This document shows, piece by piece, positions 26,203 to 32,000 of a DNA stretch of 32,000 nt. Position numbers and translations under genes: made by a program. The notes beneath the pieces are model-generated. The model saw nothing but the letters and a program-made list of their open reading frames with translations. It was not told the origin of the DNA and ran no database searches. The stretch is taken from contig CP095464.1 in assembly GCA_021294815.2 (NCBI GenBank), positions 270,001-302,000 on the forward strand. The letters run 5' to 3'. Origin of the DNA: Verrucomicrobiota bacterium. Lineage in GTDB: Bacteria; Verrucomicrobiota; Verrucomicrobiia; Opitutales; LL51. Position 1 is the stretch's first letter. Each line of letters opens with the position of its first letter.

Positions 26203-26835
26203 CTACACCTTAAGACTATCATTGCGGCACACCCAGCACTTCACACCAATTTTCCCATAAACCGTATTGGCCTCTGAAAAACCATAATCGATGTTTTCCT
26301 TGAGGGTATGCAACGGCACGCGGCCCGCACGTTGAGATTCCGAACGCGCGATCTCCGCACCACCGAGACGTCCCGCACACTGGATACGAATTCCATCCGC
26401 TCCAAGACTCATCGCCGACTGGATGGCTTTCTTCATTGCTCTGCGGAACGAGATCCGTCGCTCTAACTGTAAAGCAATTCCCTCCGAAACGAGCTGTGCC
26501 ACTAAATCCGGCTTCCGAATCTCCTGAATATCAACAATCACCTCACGACCAATCGTCTTCTTCAATGCGGCACATAGATTATCCAGATCTTGTCCTTTTC
26601 GACCAATAATTACACCAGGCCGAGAGGTATAAATCTTAATCCGGACGCGCTCTCCCGCCCGCTCAATAAAGACATCCGAAAACGATGCCGCCGGTAAGCG
26701 ACGCCGTAAAAAGGAACGAATCTCGTAATCCTCTTTTAAAAATAACGGATAGGCCTGTTTTGTCGCATACCAGCGCGAACGCCAATTGCGACGAACCGAT
26801 AAACGAAAACCAATCGGATTAACCTTCTGTCCCAT
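26203..26835 (-). CDS. rpsC: 30S ribosomal protein S3
   Basis: MGQKVNPIGFRLSVRRNWRSRWYA... with KH domain ..RVRIKIYTSRPGVIIGRKGQD. Confidence 0.96.
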   Translation of the reverse strand: MGQKVNPIGFRLSVRRNWRSRWYATKQAYPLFLKEDYEIRSFLRRRLPAASFSDVFIERAGERVRIKIYTSRPGVIIGRKGQDLDNLCAALKKTIGREVIVDIQEIRKPDLVAQLVSEGIALQLERRISFRRAMKKAIQSAMSLGADGIRIQCAGRLGGAEIARSESQRAGRVPLHTLKENIDYGFSEANTVYGKIGVKCWVCRNDSLKV

Positions 26836-26841
26836 ACGTCT

Positions 26842-27177
26842 CTAGCTTAAATTGTCGGTGAGCACAATCCGAATATGGCTCGTACGCTTACGAATTGGAT
26901 GCGCTGATCCACGCGACGCCGGTATAAACCGACGAAACGAAACCCCTTGCTCCGTGACCGCTGCCTTAATCGTCAACGCTTCTTTGCGAATTCCCTGACA
27001 TTCCGCATTGGCAATCGCGCTCGATAAAGTTTTTTCGACGAGACGTGCCGACTTCCGCGGAACAAACTTTAACATCTGAACTGCCTCATCCGCTTTCCGC
27101 CCCCGTAAAACACGCGTCACCTCGCGGACCTTCTTATCCGACATGCGAACAAATTTCGTTAATGCTCTAAATTCCAT
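26842..27177 (-). CDS. rplV: 50S ribosomal protein L22
   Basis: FVRMSDKKVREVTRVLRGRKADEAVQMLKFVPRKSARLVEKTLSSAIANAE. Confidence 0.95.
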   Translation of the reverse strand: MEFRALTKFVRMSDKKVREVTRVLRGRKADEAVQMLKFVPRKSARLVEKTLSSAIANAECQGIRKEALTIKAAVTEQGVSFRRFIPASRGSAHPIRKRTSHIRIVLTDNLS

Positions 27178-27178
27178 A

Positions 27179-27448
27179 TTACTTCTGCGTATGCGGACTA
27201 TGCCCCTTAAACGTACGCGTCGGCGAAAACTCCCCGAGCTTATGCCCGACCATGTTCTCCGTTACGTACACCTCTGTAAATGTCTTCCCGTTATGGACCT
27301 GAAAATTAAGCCCTACAAACTCTGGACCGATCGTCGAACGACGTGACCATGTCTTGATCGGCTTACGGCTACTCGCGGCTTGCGCGGCATCCACCTTATC
27401 CATTAAGCTCGGATCGACAAAAAAACCTTTTTTAGCAGAACGCGCCAT
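27179..27448 (-). CDS. rpsS: 30S ribosomal protein S19
   Basis: [19 protein letters not shown]...[44 protein letters not shown]. Confidence 0.96.
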   Translation of the reverse strand: MARSAKKGFFVDPSLMDKVDAAQAASSRKPIKTWSRRSTIGPEFVGLNFQVHNGKTFTEVYVTENMVGHKLGEFSPTRTFKGHSPHTQK

Positions 27449-27451
27449 ACA

Positions 27452-28300
27452 CTAGCCCCTCTTTACCTTCTTACCGTTCCTACGAATTAAAATCATACGA
27501 TTCGACTTTTGCGAACGCTTCCGCGTCGGGTAGCCCTTCGCGAGCTGCCCCCACGGCGATACCGGATGACCGCCACCCGAAGTTCGCCCTTCACCACCAC
27601 CCATCGGGTGATCGACAGGATTCATCACAACACCACGCACTCGAGGACGACGCCCCAACCAACGCGTCCGTCCCGCTTTTCCAAGAGACTGTTTCGCGTG
27701 ATCACTATTACCAACCTGACCAATCGTCGCGCGACACTTCGGATTCAACAGACGGATTTCGCCACTCGGCATCTTCACCGTCACGTAGCCATTATCAAAT
27801 GCAACAATCTGAACCCCAACGCCAGCACCACGCGCAATTGCAGCGCCATGTCCGGGTTCAATTTCCACACAGTGGACAAATACACCTGCTGGGATCAACC
27901 GCAACGGCAGAGACATCCCCACCGCAAAATCCTTCGGCCGTTCATTCAAACTGACCACCTCATCGCCAATCTTAAGGCCCCGCGGCGCCAAAATATAGCG
28001 CTTTTCACCATCCGCATAACAGAGCAAGGCTAGATCCGCTGAACGGTTAGGGTCATACTCAATTCGGCTCACTTTAGCCGAAATATCAAATTTATTGCGT
28101 GCAAAATCAACAACACGGATCGCCTGCTTATGACCACCACCACGACGACGTGATGTGATGCGCCCGTAGCAATTTCGCCCACGACTCTGATGCATCCGCA
28201 CGATGAGCGACGACTCCGGCGCCCCTTGCCAAAGCTCTCTACGATTCAGTGCTAAAAACCTCTGCCCCGGTGTTCCGGGCTTACGCTGTGTAACTGCCAT
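27452..28300 (-). CDS. rplB: 50S ribosomal protein L2
   Basis: 282 aa. ...IEYDPNRSADLALLCYADGEKRYILAP..., GRRPRVRGVVMNPVDHPMGGGEGR. Confidence 0.97.
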   Translation of the reverse strand: MAVTQRKPGTPGQRFLALNRRELWQGAPESSLIVRMHQSRGRNCYGRITSRRRGGGHKQAIRVVDFARNKFDISAKVSRIEYDPNRSADLALLCYADGEKRYILAPRGLKIGDEVVSLNERPKDFAVGMSLPLRLIPAGVFVHCVEIEPGHGAAIARGAGVGVQIVAFDNGYVTVKMPSGEIRLLNPKCRATIGQVGNSDHAKQSLGKAGRTRWLGRRPRVRGVVMNPVDHPMGGGEGRTSGGGHPVSPWGQLAKGYPTRKRSQKSNRMILIRRNGKKVKRG

Positions 28301-28319
28301 TCTCTACCGCCCTTCTACC

Positions 28320-28604
28320 TTAAACAATTTCGATCTTTTCACCCGCCTTGAGCGTCACAATAGCGATCTTCCGTCGAGGTGTCACTCCGTAAACACCACG
28401 CTTCATTCGATTTCTCCGCAACTTACCATCACGCCGCAGGGTATTTACCTTCAAAACAGAGACCTTAAAAAACGTACTGACCGCCGCTGCAATTTCCTCC
28501 TTAGAACTCTGCACATCGACATCAAAAACGTACTGATTCGCCGCTGCGCCAAGGCTCGTCGACTTCTCCGTATAACAAATTCCCTTAATCAATTTCTGAT
28601 CCAT
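28320..28604 (-). CDS. rplW: 50S ribosomal protein L23
   Basis: 94 aa. ...NQYVFDVDVQSSKEEIAAAVSTFFKVSVLKVNTL... Position between rplD and rplB. Confidence 0.93.
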   Translation of the reverse strand: MDQKLIKGICYTEKSTSLGAAANQYVFDVDVQSSKEEIAAAVSTFFKVSVLKVNTLRRDGKLRRNRMKRGVYGVTPRRKIAIVTLKAGEKIEIV

Positions 28605-28608
28605 GATC

Positions 28609-29229
28609 TTACCTCACGCGCTTCAATAACTGACCAAAACCAGACTCACTTACCAACAGATGATCATAGCGCTTCAAATCGAGCGCATTCACGGATGCCG
28701 CGTCAATCATATACACACGCTCCAAGTTCCGCGCTGACACCAACAGATCCTCATTAAAGACAGAATCCACCAGTAGCACATTTCCCGTCGGGAATATTTT
28801 TTTCAAAAAGACAGCAAAATCACGTGTTTTCTTAAGACCTGGAGCAAAATTCTCCACAACCGACAAAAGCATCTCCTCCGAGCAATCGTATAGCGAACGT
28901 GCTAATGCCAAACGCCGCACCTTCTTATTTACCTTCTTGCGATACGAACGGGGATGTGGACCAAAAACAACACCGCCACCCGGCATCAACGGACTCCGAC
29001 TCGAGCCCTCTCGAGCATTACCCGTCCCTTTCTGACGAAACGGCTTCTTACCACCACCACTTACATCAGAACGCGTCTTCGTCGATGCATTCCCCTGACG
29101 CATGTTCGCCAACAAAGCATCGATCGTAAATTTCAACGCCGCAACACCGTGATCGCCCTCGAAAACTGGAACATTATATTCGCGATCCTCTAAAAAAGCT
29201 CCTGTCTGACTGTAGACTTTCAATTTCAC
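28609..29229 (-). CDS. rplD: 50S ribosomal protein L4
   Basis: 206 aa. ...[51 protein letters not shown]... Confidence 0.95.
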   Translation of the reverse strand: MKLKVYSQTGAFLEDREYNVPVFEGDHGVAALKFTIDALLANMRQGNASTKTRSDVSGGGKKPFRQKGTGNAREGSSRSPLMPGGGVVFGPHPRSYRKKVNKKVRRLALARSLYDCSEEMLLSVVENFAPGLKKTRDFAVFLKKIFPTGNVLLVDSVFNEDLLVSARNLERVYMIDAASVNALDLKRYDHLLVSESGFGQLLKRVR

Positions 29230-29879
29230 TTTCCAGCCTCCTGTTTCGCCTTTGCGGCCTTACGCAACACAACAAGTCCACCGTTATACCCCGGCAAACT
29301 TCCTTGAACCAACACAACATTGCGATCCGGCACAATATCAACGATCTCTAAATTTTGCACCGTCCGCATCGCGCTACCATCGTGTCCTGGCATCTTACGC
29401 CCCTTCCAGACTTTTCCTGGCCACTCACGACATCCATAAGAACCACCGCGACGATGAAACATCGAACCGTGGCCTGCAGGACCGCCACTAAATCCATGGC
29501 GCTTCATGACACCTTGAAAACCGTGCCCCTTCGTCTGTCCAATCACATCGATAAGCTCACCGACCGAAAAAATTGAACTATCTATGGAGGCACCTAACTC
29601 ATACCCGCTAACATCGTCAACACGAAACTCCTTCAAACCCTCGCAGGACTCCTTAGCAGATAACTTCAAGTGACCCAGAACACCTTTGGATAAATTCTTC
29701 ACTTTCCGTTCACCGTACGCGAGCTGAATGGCACTATAGCCATCACGCTCTGGTGTTCGAATCTGCGAAATAACACTCGGCAATACTTCTACAACCGTAA
29801 CCGGAACAAGGCAACGCCCCTCCGTAAAAACCTGCGTCATTCCGACCTTTTTCCCTAATACTAATCGATGATCTCTCAT
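29226..29879 (-). CDS. rplC: 50S ribosomal protein L3
   Basis: [18 protein letters not shown]... from ATG 29879 gives a canonical L3 N-terminus. In-frame alternatives exist at TTG 29894 and ATG 29918 (the track start). The stop overlaps the rplD start. Confidence 0.93.
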   Translation of the reverse strand: MRDHRLVLGKKVGMTQVFTEGRCLVPVTVVEVLPSVISQIRTPERDGYSAIQLAYGERKVKNLSKGVLGHLKLSAKESCEGLKEFRVDDVSGYELGASIDSSIFSVGELIDVIGQTKGHGFQGVMKRHGFSGGPAGHGSMFHRRGGSYGCREWPGKVWKGRKMPGHDGSAMRTVQNLEIVDIVPDRNVVLVQGSLPGYNGGLVVLRKAAKAKQEAGK

Positions 29880-29970
29880 GACTCTAAGCGGCAAATGCGA
29901 CCTCCGTCGCACCTGCATTAGCCTTACCGTTTCTTCTCAACAAAAACCCTCTGTCAACAATATTTTAAAA

Positions 29971-30276
29971 TCAAACATTAATCATAATGTCGACCCCTGC
30001 TGGCAGATTCAAGCGCCGCAGCGAATCAACCGTGTCCGCCGTTGGATCGTGTATGTCAATGAGGCGATCGTGCTCCTGGAGCTCGAACTGATCCATCGAT
30101 TTTTTATGAATATGAGGCGAACGATTCACCGTAAAACGTTCACGTCGCGTCGGCAACGGAACAGGCCCAACGACACGTGCACCTGAACGCTTCGCCGTAT
30201 CGACAATCTCCACCGCCGACTGATCAACGAGACGGTAATCAAAACTCCTCAACTTAATTCTAATTCTCTGTGCCAT
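29971..30276 (-). CDS. rpsJ: 30S ribosomal protein S10
   Basis: [73 protein letters not shown] from ATG 30276 (101 aa). The track's start at 30396 would overlap fusA by 100 nt and adds non-homologous residues. Confidence 0.95.
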   Translation of the reverse strand: MAQRIRIKLRSFDYRLVDQSAVEIVDTAKRSGARVVGPVPLPTRRERFTVNRSPHIHKKSMDQFELQEHDRLIDIHDPTADTVDSLRRLNLPAGVDIMINV

Positions 30277-30295
30277 ACGAACACTTTTTTCTAAA

Positions 30296-32000
30296 TTACG
30301 ACCGCGCGGCGCCACGACTTGCGCTCTCGACAATCTGCTGCAACAAGTTTGATGGAACCTGCTCGAAATGCGAGGGCTCCATCGAATAGCTTGCACGCCC
30401 TTTCGTCAACGAACGCACATCCGTCGCATATCCGAACATCATCTCCAACGGAACAAATGCCGTGATGTTGGCAAGTGCTCCTTTCGTCTCCATGCTTTGA
30501 ATCTGTCCGCGACGGCGATTGAGATCACCAATCACATCACCCTGATACTCTTCTGGTGTCGAGACCTCGACCTTCATGATCGGCTCCAACAAAATCGGTC
30601 CGGCTTTTTTCATCGCATCCTTGAACGCAAAGATACCGGCCATTTTAAAGGCCATTTCCGAGGAATCGACTTCATGGAAACTTCCATCAACGATATGTGC
30701 GCAAAAATCAACCACTGGATATCCCGCGACAACACCATTGGTCGAACCCTCAAAAATTCCGTCTTGGGTCGGCTTGATATACTCTTTAGGAATAACACCA
30801 CCGACGATTTCGTTGAGCACAGAAGTCCCCTCTCCGCGCTTCACCGGCTCCATTTTAATTACTGCATGACCATACTGACCACGACCACCGGACTGACGAA
30901 TGAACTTTCCTTCACCGGTCGCTTCTTTTGTGATCGTTTCACGATAAGCAATTTGTGGACGTCCCGCAGTCGCATCAACATTAAATTCCCGGAACAGACG
31001 ATCGCGGATAATATCTAAGTGCAACTCACCCATTCCCGAAATAAGGGTCTGGCCGGTTTCCGGATTTGACGTCACTTTGAACGTTGGGTCTTCTTCGGAA
31101 AGACTCTGAAGCCCGAGCGCTAGCTTTTCTTGATCGGCTTTCGACTTCGGCTCGATCGACATACTAATAACAGGTTCTGGGAAGGTCGGTGGCTCAAGGA
31201 CACCATTAAAGGAACGATCACAAAGAGTATCCCCAGTTGCGATACCTTTGACACCGATAATTGCACAAATATCGCCTGAATAAGCCACTTCGATGTCCTC
31301 GCGAGCATCGGCCTTCATGATCATTAAGCGGCTGACACGTTCCGTCTTACGCGTTCTTGGATTATAAACCGTATCGCCTTTTTTCAGCTGCCCACTGTAA
31401 ACGCGACAGAACACGAGCTTTCCGACGTACGGGTCGCTCATTAACTTAAACCCGAGCGCCGTCATTTTTGCGCTATCATCAGGACGAATATCAATTTCTC
31501 CGCCATCATCCGCGTAGGCCTTAGTCGGCGGTAAGTCGAGGGGTGATGGCAGATAATCTACGACCGCATCGAGCAGCATCTGAACACCGCGCTTCTTAAA
31601 GGCACTCCCGGGAATAACACCAACAAAGTCGAGCGAAAGCGTCGCCTTACGAACCGCTGATCGAATTTCATCAGATGTAATTTCCTCACCTCCGAGGTAT
31701 TTTTCGGCAAGATGATCGTCGTAATCGGCGAGCGCTTCTATGAGCGACTCACGATATTTCTCAGCTTGCTCCTTATACTCCTCCGGAATCTCAACCGTAT
31801 GGAAGCGCTCCCCAAGGACATCGGTCTTGTCATAAATAAAGGCCCGCCTCTCGATTAGATCAACGAGCCCATCAAAATTATCTTCCGCACCGATGTTGAG
31901 ATAAAGCGGATGTGCGTTTTTACCGAGCTTTGTGCGGATATCTTCGATCGCACCTAAAAAGTTCGCGCCCGTGCGATCCATCTTATTGATGAACGCAATG
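30296..32000 (-). CDS. fusA: Elongation factor G, C-terminal ~570 codons (CDS runs off the right edge)
   Basis: Domains II-V of EF-G are recognisable. The track's first Met at 31981 is internal: the frame continues upstream as ..[14 protein letters not shown], the conserved EF-G G4 NKxD (NKMD) region. Confidence 0.96.
   Translation of the reverse strand, partial: IAFINKMDRTGANFLGAIEDIRTKLGKNAHPLYLNIGAEDNFDGLVDLIERRAFIYDKTDVLGERFHTVEIPEEYKEQAEKYRESLIEALADYDDHLAEKYLGGEEITSDEIRSAVRKATLSLDFVGVIPGSAFKKRGVQMLLDAVVDYLPSPLDLPPTKAYADDGGEIDIRPDDSAKMTALGFKLMSDPYVGKLVFCRVYSGQLKKGDTVYNPRTRKTERVSRLMIMKADAREDIEVAYSGDICAIIGVKGIATGDTLCDRSFNGVLEPPTFPEPVISMSIEPKSKADQEKLALGLQSLSEEDPTFKVTSNPETGQTLISGMGELHLDIIRDRLFREFNVDATAGRPQIAYRETITKEATGEGKFIRQSGGRGQYGHAVIKMEPVKRGEGTSVLNEIVGGVIPKEYIKPTQDGIFEGSTNGVVAGYPVVDFCAHIVDGSFHEVDSSEMAFKMAGIFAFKDAMKKAGPILLEPIMKVEVSTPEEYQGDVIGDLNRRRGQIQSMETKGALANITAFVPLEMMFGYATDVRSLTKGRASYSMEPSHFEQVPSNLLQQIVESASRGAARS

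Noticed and set aside
29971-30396. N-terminally extended versions of rpsJ (to 30396), rpsH (to 23785), rplF (to 23363), rplC (to 29918), the dapF homolog (to 8402) and ispE (from 3975), as listed in the ORF track.
   Set aside because: The extensions add non-homologous residues, often begin at TTG, and would overlap the upstream gene. Internal ATGs give canonical N-termini ([76 protein letters not shown]).
31981-32000. The apparent fusA start at the Met of MDRTGANF (31981).
   Set aside because: The frame stays open to the window edge and reads ..IAFINK before MDR, the conserved EF-G G4 NKxD (NKMD) motif. The Met is internal and the gene is truncated by the window.
1-32000. A search by eye for tRNA, rRNA, CRISPR repeats, IS/transposase or integrase genes, and long direct or inverted repeats.
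   Set aside because: Coding density is near-complete. The largest non-coding gaps are about 90-95 nt (7436-7529, 29880-29970) and show no tRNA-like or repeat-spacer structure. No ORF has transposase or integrase motifs. An exhaustive repeat search was not possible by eye.

Overview
Tightly packed bacterial chromosomal window, mostly transcribed on the minus strand. The right half (16.2-32 kb) is one uninterrupted fusA / S10 / spc / alpha ribosomal-protein supercluster: fusA (partial), rpsJ, rplCDWB, rpsS, rplV, rpsC, rplP, rpmC, rpsQ, rplNXE, rpsNH, rplFR, rpsE, rplO, secY, map, rpsMKD, rpoA, rplQ. It ends in a clear hairpin plus U-tract terminator. The left third holds a truncated recD2, a cell-wall/division fragment (murD, a 3xLysM lipoprotein, ftsW), ispE, a three-gene polar amino-acid ABC importer, a DapF homolog and an MFS transporter. 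Only 9.6-16.2 kb looks accessory. It holds an M23 peptidase, a CesT-like type III secretion chaperone followed by an unassignable acidic 275-aa protein, a Ste24-type M48 protease translationally coupled to an ANL adenylating enzyme, and an orphan cytoplasmic PAS histidine kinase. I found no rRNA, tRNA, CRISPR array, transposase or large repeat, and the intergenic gaps are too short to hide one. The best leads for something undescribed are (1) the chaperone plus candidate effector pair, (2) a DapF homolog with both catalytic cysteines replaced by serine, and (3) the M48-ANL coupled pair. None is proven from sequence alone. The murD-LysM-ftsW order, a scattered T3S chaperone, and fusA joined directly to rpsJ suggest a PVC/Chlamydiae-like organism, but this guess is low confidence. 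The ORF track counts TTG and GTG as starts, so several of its N-termini are too long. I moved those starts where homology made the true start obvious.
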